Origin: Promethearchaeota archaeon | GTDB taxonomy: Archaea; Asgardarchaeota; Lokiarchaeia; Sigyniarchaeales; SOKP01 | DNA length: 64,000 nucleotides | Assembly (NCBI GenBank): GCA_019058245.1 | Contig: JAHPZJ010000028.1 | Location: 32,001-96,000, forward strand | Direction of reading: 5' to 3' | Shown here: positions 50,828 to 60,847 of the stretch, piece by piece | How the letters are laid out: every line of letters starts with the position of its first letter | Numbering within the stretch: position 1 is the first letter of the stretch | Position numbers and translations under genes: made by a program | The notes under the pieces: model-generated | Told to the model about the DNA's origin: nothing | Databases searched by the model: none | What the model saw: the letters and a program-made list of their open reading frames with translations, nothing else

Positions 50828-50914
50828 TTTTTAACCTCATTTATCATACAAATTTTCAAATTCTTTATTTTATAATTGCATATTATTGGATGTTAAATAA
50901 TAATTAAGTTTAAA

Positions 50915-52150
50915 ATGGAAATTCGACCAGAATTACTAGTCCCTGTTCAAGATTGGAATTCTCTTAAAATAATAAGTGGATTAGCAGACGCGATATATTT
51001 TGGTGTTGAGCAATACAATATGAGACAAAAAGCTATTAATTTTGAGAGAAAAGATTTAACTAAGATTAGTGAGTATTGTCATAATCAAAACCCACCATTA
51101 AAAGCATATTTAACCACAAATATTTTAATATATGACACAGAATTACAGGATTTAGAGTATCTAATTATAGAAGCAAAAGATGCTAAAATTGATGCGATTA
51201 TTGCCCATGATCTTGCTGTGATTCGAATTGCTAAACGTAATAAGATGAAATTTCATATATCTACACAAGCAAGTGTTTCAAATATTGAAGCGGCGAAATT
51301 TTATGAGGATTTAGGGGCAGAAAGGATCATTTTAGCCAGAGAGTTATCAATAAAACAAATAAATCTTATTAAACATTTACTTTCAAAAACAGAAATTGAA
51401 TGTTTTGTTCATGGGGCAATGTGTACATCGATTTCAGGAAGATGCTATTTTTCAGCTACTATTTGTGATTCTGAAGAATATTCTGCAAATCGAGGAAATT
51501 GTGTCCAACCTTGTAGAAGGGAATGGAGAGTTATTGATGATGAGAATAACGAATTTATCTATAATGGTCAAATGTTTTTGAATGCAAAAGATCTATGTAT
51601 GATTGAATATATTCCGGAGCTTATTGATGCTAATATCGATGCTTTTAAGATTGAAGGTAGAATGAAAGATCCCCTTTATATAAAAACAGTTTCAGAATGT
51701 TATAGAGAAGCAATAGATAGTTATTTTGATGGAACATATGGAAAAGAAAAAATTACCAACTGGTTAAAAAGGCTATCAATGGTATATAATCGAGGATTTC
51801 ATACTGGATTTTATTTTCATAGACCAACTATCGAAGATATTGAGTTAAATAGGAGAGGAAATATATCTGAATTTAAAAAACATTACATAGGAAAAATACT
51901 TTCATATGATCAAAACAGTAAGTCGGCTAATGTTTTATTAGAAAGCCTAGAATTTCCCTTAAATATTGGAGACGAAATCATAATCATAGGTTCCAATACA
52001 TATACTATCGAAACAATCAAAAAGATGATTTATAAAGGTGAGAAGATAAAAAATATATCTAGAAAAAGATATACTGATCCAGTTAAAATCAATTTACGCA
52101 TTAATAAGGAAGTCGAAGTAAACGCAAAGATTTATATCATAAAAAAATGA
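50915..52150 (+). CDS. U32 family protein (probable tRNA/RNA hydroxylation enzyme)
   Basis: PELL.P, ADAIYFG, HISTQASV, LAREL, FVHGAMC..SGRC, NRG.C.QPCR, KIEGRMK. Confidence 0.92.
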   Translation: MEIRPELLVPVQDWNSLKIISGLADAIYFGVEQYNMRQKAINFERKDLTKISEYCHNQNPPLKAYLTTNILIYDTELQDLEYLIIEAKDAKIDAIIAHDLAVIRIAKRNKMKFHISTQASVSNIEAAKFYEDLGAERIILARELSIKQINLIKHLLSKTEIECFVHGAMCTSISGRCYFSATICDSEEYSANRGNCVQPCRREWRVIDDENNEFIYNGQMFLNAKDLCMIEYIPELIDANIDAFKIEGRMKDPLYIKTVSECYREAIDSYFDGTYGKEKITNWLKRLSMVYNRGFHTGFYFHRPTIEDIELNRRGNISEFKKHYIGKILSYDQNSKSANVLLESLEFPLNIGDEIIIIGSNTYTIETIKKMIYKGEKIKNISRKRYTDPVKINLRINKEVEVNAKIYIIKK

Positions 52151-52202
52151 TTTTTATGTGAAACATCACTCGATAGTAGGCATTATGGTTTCAATAGTAA
52201 AA

Positions 52203-52877
52203 ATGAATTTTGAAGAAAAGAGAAAGCAACTGGTTGAAAGTCTTAAAGAAAGGGGTATTCTAACTAAAGAAGAAGTAATTAAAGCAATGTCTATTGTACC
52301 AAGACATAAATTTGTTCCAAAAGAGGCTGAATCAAGTGCATATATTGACTCGCCTCTTTCAATTGGATTAGGACAAACTATCAGCGCTCCTCACATGAAT
52401 GCTATGATGTGTGAGTGTTTAGAATTATCTGAAGGAGAAAAAGTATTAGAAATAGGAACTGGTTCGGGGTATCATGCTGCTTTATGTGCAGAATTAGTTG
52501 CCCCAGAAAGTTCAGAAAATCCTGGTCATGTATTCACAATTGAACGTCATGAAGGATTAGTAAAACGTGCTAAAGAGGGCCTAAAAAAAACTGGATATGA
52601 TAAAAAAGTTACAGTAATTCATGGAGATGGAACTCTGGGATTTCCCAAAGAAGCACCTTATGATAAAATATTGGTGACAGCCGCTTCTCCTACGAAGATT
52701 CCTACTCCCTTGAAAGACCAGTTAAAGGAAGGAGGAATTATTTGTATTCCCGTAGGATCTAAGAGCTTTTCTCAAAATTTATATACTATTAAAAAACTTA
52801 AAGGAAATTTTGACTCAAAGAAAATAACTGGTGTTCGTTTTGTCCCTCTTATTGGAGAATATGGTTTTGAAAGCTAG
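52203..52877 (+). CDS. pcm: Protein-L-isoaspartate O-methyltransferase
   Basis: VPRHKFVP, GQTISAPHM, VLEIGTGSGYHAA, GDGTLG, APYDKI.VTAA, VRFVPL. Confidence 0.95.
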   Translation: MNFEEKRKQLVESLKERGILTKEEVIKAMSIVPRHKFVPKEAESSAYIDSPLSIGLGQTISAPHMNAMMCECLELSEGEKVLEIGTGSGYHAALCAELVAPESSENPGHVFTIERHEGLVKRAKEGLKKTGYDKKVTVIHGDGTLGFPKEAPYDKILVTAASPTKIPTPLKDQLKEGGIICIPVGSKSFSQNLYTIKKLKGNFDSKKITGVRFVPLIGEYGFES

Positions 52878-52890
52878 ATATTAAAAATAA

Positions 52891-53046
52891 CTATTTAAGT
52901 AATAAACTGTTTAAACATTTCTCAAGTTTTTTATTTTTAAGTTGTGTTCTAATATTCTTGACGAATTTTGATCTCTCAATACATTCATGTAGATACTCAT
53001 CACAACAGTTCCAACTTAAACATTCTGTATTATTATTAGCTTTCAT
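52891..53046 (-). CDS. 51-aa small protein, paralog of 53214..53357
   Basis: MKANNNTECLSWNCCDEYLHECIERSKFVKNIRTQLKNKKLEKCLNSLLLK; shares the IExxxFVKNIRxxL motif with its neighbour. Confidence 0.65.
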   Translation of the reverse strand: MKANNNTECLSWNCCDEYLHECIERSKFVKNIRTQLKNKKLEKCLNSLLLK

Positions 53047-53213
53047 AATTCAGATCTATTTTTAGTTAATTTTTGTATTGTCTATTCATATGAGAAGAAT
53101 CTAACTATATTAATGTAGCATCTAGAAATTGGAATAGATCATACTAGAACCTTTTCAATTTATAAAAAGAGTAAGATTTGCATTTATAAAAACTAAGTTA
53201 TGATAATAAATAT

Positions 53214-53357
53214 CTATTGTTGAAGTTTTTTCTTAAGTTTTTGTTCCATCAACTTTTTTCTAATATTTTTAACAAAATGATTATTTTCTATATTTCGTTT
53301 TACTGATTTTTCATTGTATGTCCAGCCATTTCTATTACCATTCTCATTAATTACCAT
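53214..53357 (-). CDS. 47-aa small protein, paralog of 52891..53046
   Basis: MVINENGNRNGWTYNEKSVKRNIENNHFVKNIRKKLMEQKLKKKLQQ (internal ATG of the called ORF). Confidence 0.65.
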   Translation of the reverse strand: MVINENGNRNGWTYNEKSVKRNIENNHFVKNIRKKLMEQKLKKKLQQ

Positions 53358-53487
53358 AAATGTCAAACCAATGCAAATTCTGTGTTTATTAGTTCTTACT
53401 AGGAGGTTAATATATTTAAAGATAGTTAAATTCGACAAAAATCGTGCATATATCGACAATGTTGTTATTTATCCAATGATTTAAATA

Positions 53488-55665
53488 TCATGTAATTATA
53501 AGTTTTAAATTAAATTCTAAATTTTTTTCAAGCTTAATTATAGGACATATATTTATACCTTGATATATTTCTTTATAGCCCTCATCTGTATATGCATATG
53601 CGATTATTGGAAATTTACTAATTTTAATTGAATCATTTTTACTTAAAATATCAATCTCAAAACCTAGATCATATGTTTCATCATAAGCTTTAAAATGCGA
53701 ACCAATAAATTGAAATGGGTCAATTAATTTATTATATTTATCATCTTTTTTTTCTATTTGGTTGCTTTCCCATTGGAAATTTTCAGTATCTCCGTTAAAG
53801 AAAAAAGGAATATCAATTCCAAGATTTAAATTCTTAATAATACGGGTAAGAACCTTTTGATTTTCATCATTTTCATCGAGATTTATTCTAATTTTCACTT
53901 TTATTTCTCTATCTTCAACATAAATATCTTTTGTAATTCGAACAGAGTTTCTTTCATCAGTATCAGTGTCCTTTATACTTCCTATTTTTTCCATTTCAAT
54001 GATAGCAATCTTTCCTTCCTTTTCGCTGCTAGTAACCTTGAAAGTATCATTAACAAAATCTCCAAATTCATAATATTGATCTGATTGGAGTTGTTCAAGA
54101 GTAACATCATCATGCAAAACCCTAAGACGTAATAAATTTCTCTTGAATCTATCAACCATAACTTCTTTTGTTTTAAGTTTTTTACTTTCATGGTAAGCTT
54201 CTGGCCATCTTGTTAAAGTATTTAACAAATTATAAGATTTTGGTTTATAATCTAACTCAAAAATAGTTCCGCCATCGTTAGGATTAACATACACATTTAA
54301 AACATCAGATTCAATTAAATACTCTGTTTTGCTATCCTTAATAAAATCGATGGGAGTTATATAAATATATGATTTCATTTTAGGATTGATTAAAGAATTA
54401 ATATCATCAATTATTCTTTCAGCATTAATTAAATGAGTATAAACTGAAAATCTAAGAAACTGTAAATAAACTCCACCAAATAATCCGTGCCAATAACAAT
54501 CATTACATTGAGCTTTATAAATCTCATCCCAAGCTTCTTCAACTTTTTTTAAGATAACAGAAATAAGTTGTTCATTTTCAAGCTTTGACAGAGTTTCTTC
54601 AATTACTATAAGTTTGTTTCTAACATATAACATCTTTTTGTGCATATTATTGGATTCAGGATACTTTACTAGAAAATATCTCCAAAACCCACCACGAAGA
54701 AATTGATAGATCTCCTTCTTTTCCTCATCTTCTCTTAATGATTTCCGTATAATTTTGAATTTTTTGCGAATATCTGTGGGTAAAACCCATTCTTCCATTT
54801 TATCATAACTCGCTGTGGGTAGATATACCAAACTTTTTGCGGGATATTGACTCATATATTCTGAAAGCGTTATTGATTTAATCCATGAATTTTGTTTAAT
54901 TTGTTCAAAAAATGCTGGAATAAATGGCTTCCCTTTGTCTCCTTCTTGATGCCCAAATCCTTTTACATAGCAAATTTGATGTGTAGTTCCCCACACTCCC
55001 ATTTTTTCTGCATCGGATATTAATAAAGCACATCTGTCACCCTTTTCATCAGCAGCTTTTTTTAAATAATCAACAGACATATAAGTAGGTTTCCAAGGGG
55101 TTAAATATCTCAATTCTTCGTTAATAGGAAATATCCGTAGAGTTTTTCCTTCATCTTCGGTAATATATGAATAATACGTTCCTTCCTCGGTAATTCCAGT
55201 AGAACGAAAATGATTGTCATCAACGATTACATACTTTAATCCAACATCATTTAAGAAAGAGGGATAATTTGGTTCCCAAACTCTTTCTGATAACCAAGCA
55301 CCTTTTACTTCTAATCCGAATTCTTCTTTTATTAGCTTAGATAACTTTTTCATTTGAGCAATTTTATCACGATATGGTATGATAGCAAATATTGGCTCAT
55401 AATACCCGCCACCAATAATCTCTATCTGACCTCTTTTTGCCATAACTTTTATCTTATTTACAAGATCTGGCTTATTTTTAATAAACCATTCTAATAAATT
55501 GCCTGAAAAGTGAAGTGTAAATTTAACATCTTTATATTTGAAAATATTCTCAATTAAAGGTTCATATGACTTTTTATAACAATCTTCTATAACAAAATTG
55601 AAGTTATCAACGGGTTGATGGAAGTGCAAGCAAAATAATAGGCAAATAGTATTTTTTTTATCCAT
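53488..55665 (-). CDS. GH57 alpha-amylase / 4-alpha-glucanotransferase
   Basis: HFHQP, GGGYYEPI, WLSERVWEP (nucleophile), DAEKMG (acid/base), ASYDKM, KYPESN.MHK, QCND.YWHG.FGG. Confidence 0.93.
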   Translation of the reverse strand: MDKKNTICLLFCLHFHQPVDNFNFVIEDCYKKSYEPLIENIFKYKDVKFTLHFSGNLLEWFIKNKPDLVNKIKVMAKRGQIEIIGGGYYEPIFAIIPYRDKIAQMKKLSKLIKEEFGLEVKGAWLSERVWEPNYPSFLNDVGLKYVIVDDNHFRSTGITEEGTYYSYITEDEGKTLRIFPINEELRYLTPWKPTYMSVDYLKKAADEKGDRCALLISDAEKMGVWGTTHQICYVKGFGHQEGDKGKPFIPAFFEQIKQNSWIKSITLSEYMSQYPAKSLVYLPTASYDKMEEWVLPTDIRKKFKIIRKSLREDEEKKEIYQFLRGGFWRYFLVKYPESNNMHKKMLYVRNKLIVIEETLSKLENEQLISVILKKVEEAWDEIYKAQCNDCYWHGLFGGVYLQFLRFSVYTHLINAERIIDDINSLINPKMKSYIYITPIDFIKDSKTEYLIESDVLNVYVNPNDGGTIFELDYKPKSYNLLNTLTRWPEAYHESKKLKTKEVMVDRFKRNLLRLRVLHDDVTLEQLQSDQYYEFGDFVNDTFKVTSSEKEGKIAIIEMEKIGSIKDTDTDERNSVRITKDIYVEDREIKVKIRINLDENDENQKVLTRIIKNLNLGIDIPFFFNGDTENFQWESNQIEKKDDKYNKLIDPFQFIGSHFKAYDETYDLGFEIDILSKNDSIKISKFPIIAYAYTDEGYKEIYQGINICPIIKLEKNLEFNLKLIIT

Positions 55666-55961
55666 TTTTCTTAAATCACCAATTGTTTTTAGCTTTCTGG
55701 AAAATTGAAAGAATAACTATAAGATATGATAGATTTTATCAAGAATACGTTTGAAATTTAGAAATAATAAGAATTAACCATTTAAAAAATAATCTAAATC
55801 TATCTATTTTTCTTTCAGATCTTTTTCATTTAAATACCCAAAATTAAAGTATTCATCAAAATTTGATTTTTTTGTCTAAGCTAATTTAAATATTAATAAA
55901 ACTTAATTATTAAATTACATTAACTAATTTAAAGCCTTCAAAAGATTAAGAAAATTTAAAT

Positions 55962-56417
55962 ATGGCTCCAGAAATTTCAGAAACTATAAGGAAATGGATT
56001 AAATTAAGTTTATCTAAATCAATATATAACATTTTTAAATTTTCGAAAGAAAATGATATATCTATGCCTCAAATTGGTGCTCTCATACGAATTTTTCGTA
56101 AAAGCAATTGTAATGTATCAGTTATTGGCACAGACTTGGGAATTTCGAGTGCAGCAGCAAGTCAGTTGCTAAATCGAATGGTTCAATTAGGATTGATTGA
56201 GAGATCAGAAGATCCTAATGATCGAAGGATTAAAAATCTAAGTTTATCACAAAAAGGACTTGAATTTCTTAATGAATGTTTTCAAACCAGTTATAAATGG
56301 TTTGAAGATTTAATAATTACATATAGTAATGATGAGAAGAGAGAGATCGTTGCTGTATTTAACAAATTGATAAATAAAATTAATATAAATAATGATGTAC
56401 CTGATTTAGAAATTTAG
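55962..56417 (+). CDS. MarR-family regulator
   Basis: ISMPQ, LGISSAAASQLLNRMV, EDPNDRR. Confidence 0.9.
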   Translation: MAPEISETIRKWIKLSLSKSIYNIFKFSKENDISMPQIGALIRIFRKSNCNVSVIGTDLGISSAAASQLLNRMVQLGLIERSEDPNDRRIKNLSLSQKGLEFLNECFQTSYKWFEDLIITYSNDEKREIVAVFNKLINKININNDVPDLEI

Positions 56418-56465
56418 TATTGTCATTTTAAATAATTAATCAAAAAAATTAAAGAAAATGGAATT

Positions 56466-58682
56466 ATGAATAGGACATTCAAATATACAAAACCTTACCT
56501 TCCGATGATAATAGGAGCAATCGTGCTTTTATTTGTGCAAGCGAATGTAAATTTAGCATTACCAAATTATCTATCTGACATTGTAAATGTTGGAATTCAA
56601 CAAGGTGGTATTGAGGATAAAGTACCGGTTGCAATTACTCAAAAAGAAATGAATAGAACATTATTTTTCATGAATAATACAGATGATAAAGATATGGTAT
56701 TAGCCCAATACACACTTTATGATAATAACTCTGATAGATATGATTATTATGCTAAAATATATCCGGTTATTAGCACCGAACCAATATATGTTCTCAATAA
56801 TCGTTCTAAATCGGCTGTCATTCAATTAAGTTCAATAATGACTAAACCGCTTGTAATTGTATTTTTTGTCAAACAAATTATGGAGAATCCAGATTTAGCA
56901 ACTACATTGGGTTTTCCTACAGATACTGATTTATTCATTTATTTAGAAAGTTTGCCCGAGGTCATAAGAACTCAAATTATTAATGAGTTTTATGCTGAAT
57001 TTGATTCTTTTGATAAAACAATGTTGGAACAAGCTGTTATACAGTCAATAAGAGCAGAATACGAACTTCTTGGTATGAATATGGATGAGATTCAGATGAA
57101 TTATATATGGCGAATTGGGATTTTAATGTTATTAATGACATTAATATCAGTATTATGTATTATCGGAGTGAGTTATTTATCTGCTAAAACCGCTACTGGA
57201 ATGGCTCGTGATATTCGAGAGGATTTGTTCATAAAAGTTGAAAGTTTTACAAATATAGAGTTTGATAAGTTTTCTACAGCATCCTTAGTGACCCGTTCAA
57301 CCAATGACATTACCCAAATTCAGATGATCATTATTATGTTGGTTAGTATTGTATTTTATGCCCCAATATTAGGTATTGGAGCTATTTTTCATGCGATGTC
57401 TTCAGCATCATCAATGTGGTGGCTAATAGCAATACCTGTTGTAGCACTTATATCTATTATAATCATGGTTTTTATAATTGCTTTACCTAAATTTAAGTCA
57501 ATCCAAGATTTAATTGACGACCTTAACCTTATTACACGTGAAAATCTTACAGGTATGATGGTAGTAAGAAGTTTTAACAAGCAAGAATTTGAAGAAAATC
57601 GTTTTGATAAGGTTAATCTTGATTTAACGAGAAAAAGTTTGTTTATAAATAGATTAATGTTCATATTAATGCCATTAATGATGTTTATAATGAATGGAAC
57701 TATGGTTTTAATTATATGGATTGGATCTCATGAAGTCGCGAAGGGATTATTGCAGATTGGAAATATGATGGCATTTATGCAATACACGATGCAAATAGTA
57801 ATGTCATTTTTAATGATTTCTATAATGTTTATTCTACTTCCACGAGCTAGTGTGTCAATAAAAAGAATAGGTGCGGTATTGGATACTGAACCATCCATTA
57901 AAGATTCCCAAGATTCACGTTTGTTTAAAGAACCCTTCGATTCTACAATTGAATTTCGTAATGTATCATTTAAATATCCTGGTGCTGAAGAGAATGTATT
58001 ACATGGAATTAACTTTATAGCACGTCCAGGCGAGACGACAGCGTTTATAGGAGCAACTGGATCTGGTAAATCCACACTTATAAATTTGATACTCCGATTT
58101 TATGATGTCTCTTCTGGATCAATTTTAATTGATGGCTTGGATATTCGGAAAGTTTCGCAACATGATTTACGAGAAAAAATAGGATATGTTCCTCAAAAAA
58201 GCTCCTTGTTCTCAGGAACTATTTCAAGTAATTTATATTATGCGAATGAAAACGCTGAAAGTAAAACAATACAATCAGCAATTGAAATTTCACAAGCTTC
58301 CGAATTTGTAAGTGCCAAAGCCAGGGGTTTGGAGTCAAGAATTTCGCAAGGTGGTAGTAATGTATCTGGTGGACAAAAACAGAGATTATCCATAGCAAGG
58401 GCAATTGTAAAACAATCTCCAATTTATATCTTGGATGATAGTTTTTCTGCGTTAGATTTTAAAACTGATAGAGCATTACGTAAGGCATTCAAAGAAAATT
58501 TAGAAGACATCACATTATTAATTGTCACTCAAAGAGTTTCCACTATTATGGATGCTGAACAGATAATTGTACTTGATAATGGTAGAATTGTAGGTAAAGG
58601 TTCACATATAGAGCTGTTGAAAACTTGTGAAACATATAAGGAAATTGCTTTATCTCAACATACAATGGAGGAATTATTATAA
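56466..58682 (+). CDS. Heterodimeric ABC exporter, subunit with degenerate Walker B/H-switch
   Basis: TMD; GATGSGKS, VSGGQ, ILDDS, VTQR. Confidence 0.93.
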   Translation: MNRTFKYTKPYLPMIIGAIVLLFVQANVNLALPNYLSDIVNVGIQQGGIEDKVPVAITQKEMNRTLFFMNNTDDKDMVLAQYTLYDNNSDRYDYYAKIYPVISTEPIYVLNNRSKSAVIQLSSIMTKPLVIVFFVKQIMENPDLATTLGFPTDTDLFIYLESLPEVIRTQIINEFYAEFDSFDKTMLEQAVIQSIRAEYELLGMNMDEIQMNYIWRIGILMLLMTLISVLCIIGVSYLSAKTATGMARDIREDLFIKVESFTNIEFDKFSTASLVTRSTNDITQIQMIIIMLVSIVFYAPILGIGAIFHAMSSASSMWWLIAIPVVALISIIIMVFIIALPKFKSIQDLIDDLNLITRENLTGMMVVRSFNKQEFEENRFDKVNLDLTRKSLFINRLMFILMPLMMFIMNGTMVLIIWIGSHEVAKGLLQIGNMMAFMQYTMQIVMSFLMISIMFILLPRASVSIKRIGAVLDTEPSIKDSQDSRLFKEPFDSTIEFRNVSFKYPGAEENVLHGINFIARPGETTAFIGATGSGKSTLINLILRFYDVSSGSILIDGLDIRKVSQHDLREKIGYVPQKSSLFSGTISSNLYYANENAESKTIQSAIEISQASEFVSAKARGLESRISQGGSNVSGGQKQRLSIARAIVKQSPIYILDDSFSALDFKTDRALRKAFKENLEDITLLIVTQRVSTIMDAEQIIVLDNGRIVGKGSHIELLKTCETYKEIALSQHTMEELL

Positions 58683-60550
58683 TGCAGAGACGTCCCCAAA
58701 GAGGCCCAATGGGTGGAGGCCCAATGGGTAGAGGCCCAATGGGTAGAGGGGCATTCCCCATGATGGGAGGTAAAGCAAAAGACTTTAAAGGTACTATTCG
58801 AAAATTATTTGCTTATATGGGTAAGTACAAAAAGGTAGTAATAATTGCAATCATTTTTGCGATAGCTTCTACAACCGCCGTCATTTTTGGTCCGAAGATT
58901 TTAGGGATGGCAACTACAAAATTATTTGAAGGTTTAATTGACCAAATAAGAGGTACAGGTTCAATTGATTTTGAATATATTGGATTTATAATTCTTTTAA
59001 CAATTGGGTTGTATGTACTTTCTGCAATATTTAGATTTGTACAAGGTTGGATAATGGCCAAAGTTTCCACAGATACATCTTATCGCCTAAGGCAAGATAT
59101 CTCCAAAAAGATTAACAAATTACCTCTCAAATATTTCGATAAAAAAACACATGGTCAAGTACTGGCACATGTAACTAATGATGTGGATGTAATTAATCAG
59201 ACTTTAAGTCAAACACTTACCCAGATAATTACTTCAATTGTTACTATAGTTGGTGTTCTCATAATGATGTTATCTATCAGTTGGTTTCTAACTCTAATTG
59301 CGTTGCTTATAATCCCAATTTCACTAATTTTAATGCGAACGATTATGAAGAGGTCTATAAAGTACTTTATAAAACAACAGCAATACTTAGGTCATGTAAA
59401 TGGTCATGTTGAAGAGATGTTTAGTGGTCATGTTGTAATGAAAGCTTTTAATGGGGAGGAAAAAAGTATTAAGAAATTTTCTGAATATAATAATATACTT
59501 TATAAATCTGCATGGAAAGCGAGTTTTTTTTCTGGTTTATTGATGCCACTAATGTTTTTTATAGGAAATATAGGTTATGTTGGAATTGCCATATTAGGTA
59601 GTTGGCTCGTTATAATTAATTCTATATCTATTGGTGATATTCAAGCATTTATCCAATATATCCGTACTTTTACACAACCCCTAACTCAAATTGCAAATAT
59701 CTCTAACACAATTCAACAAACTATAGCAGCAGCAGAAAGAGTCTTTAAATTCCTTGAGGAAGAAGAAGAAATTGAAGAGACGATGAATCCTATTAAAATT
59801 GAAGATAAAAATACCTACCAGGTTGAATTTAAAAATGTTCAATTTGGATATAATCCAAATAAAATTGTAATCCATAATTTTTCAGCCTTAGCAGAATCTG
59901 GTAAAAAAATAGCTATCGTTGGTCCAACAGGGGCAGGAAAGACCACAATTGTCAAACTTCTAATGCGTTTTTATGATATACTTGATGGTAGTATTTTAGT
60001 AGATGGAAAAGAAATTAGAAATTTCACTCGAAAAGATCTACGTACTTTATATGCTATGGTTCTGCAAGATACATGGCTTTTTAATGGGACTATAATGGAA
60101 AATATACGGTATGGAAATAGCGACGCGAGTGACAAAGAAGTTATTGAAGCTGCTAAAGCTGCACATGTAGATGATTTTGTCCATTCATTACCGAATAGCT
60201 ATAATATGATTATTAATGAACAAATTACTAATATATCTCAAGGTCAAATGCAACTTATAACCATTGCTCGAGCTGTTTTAGCGGATCCTAAAATACTTAT
60301 TCTTGATGAGGCTACCAGTTCTGTAGATACCCGAACTGAGATACTAATACAAAAAGCTATGGATAAATTAATGGTAAACCGTACAAGTTTTATTATAGCT
60401 CATAGATTATCAACAATCCACAATGCAGACCTTATTCTCGTAATGAATGGGGGAAATATAGTTGAACAAGGAACTCATGATGAATTAATGGCAAAGAATG
60501 GATTTTATGCCGACGTCTATAATAGTCAATTTGTAAGTATAAAAAGATAA
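58682..60550 (+). CDS. Heterodimeric ABC exporter, subunit with consensus Walker B/H-switch
   Basis: TMD; GPTGAGKT, ISQGQ, ILDEA, IAHR; TAATG coupling. Confidence 0.93.
   Translation: MQRRPQRGPMGGGPMGRGPMGRGAFPMMGGKAKDFKGTIRKLFAYMGKYKKVVIIAIIFAIASTTAVIFGPKILGMATTKLFEGLIDQIRGTGSIDFEYIGFIILLTIGLYVLSAIFRFVQGWIMAKVSTDTSYRLRQDISKKINKLPLKYFDKKTHGQVLAHVTNDVDVINQTLSQTLTQIITSIVTIVGVLIMMLSISWFLTLIALLIIPISLILMRTIMKRSIKYFIKQQQYLGHVNGHVEEMFSGHVVMKAFNGEEKSIKKFSEYNNILYKSAWKASFFSGLLMPLMFFIGNIGYVGIAILGSWLVIINSISIGDIQAFIQYIRTFTQPLTQIANISNTIQQTIAAAERVFKFLEEEEEIEETMNPIKIEDKNTYQVEFKNVQFGYNPNKIVIHNFSALAESGKKIAIVGPTGAGKTTIVKLLMRFYDILDGSILVDGKEIRNFTRKDLRTLYAMVLQDTWLFNGTIMENIRYGNSDASDKEVIEAAKAAHVDDFVHSLPNSYNMIINEQITNISQGQMQLITIARAVLADPKILILDEATSSVDTRTEILIQKAMDKLMVNRTSFIIAHRLSTIHNADLILVMNGGNIVEQGTHDELMAKNGFYADVYNSQFVSIKR
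58701..58749 (+). repeat. 15-bp coding tandem repeat (x3.3) encoding GPMG[GR]
   Basis: GAGGCCCAATGGGT[G/A] x3 plus GAGG. Confidence 0.9.
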
Positions 60551-60847
60551 AAGATTCTTTCAGATTTAAGGCAAGAATGTTTTAATATTTTAATCGAAAG
60601 TAAGAATTGAATGAATATAACTCTTATTTTTAATCAAGATTATTAAATTTTTAGGCCAAAAATACAAAGAATTCTTAAAAGTTTTAAAAAAAATGATGAA
60701 AAACTCTTAACTGTTAAGACTATTAATACACATATTTTTAAACCTATTAATAATCTTGTAAATAAAATATTTTAATATAGTTTCAATGAATTGAAAAATA
60801 TAATAGTTTTTGTAAATTAAAAACTATATTTAGTAAAAAAAGATCTA

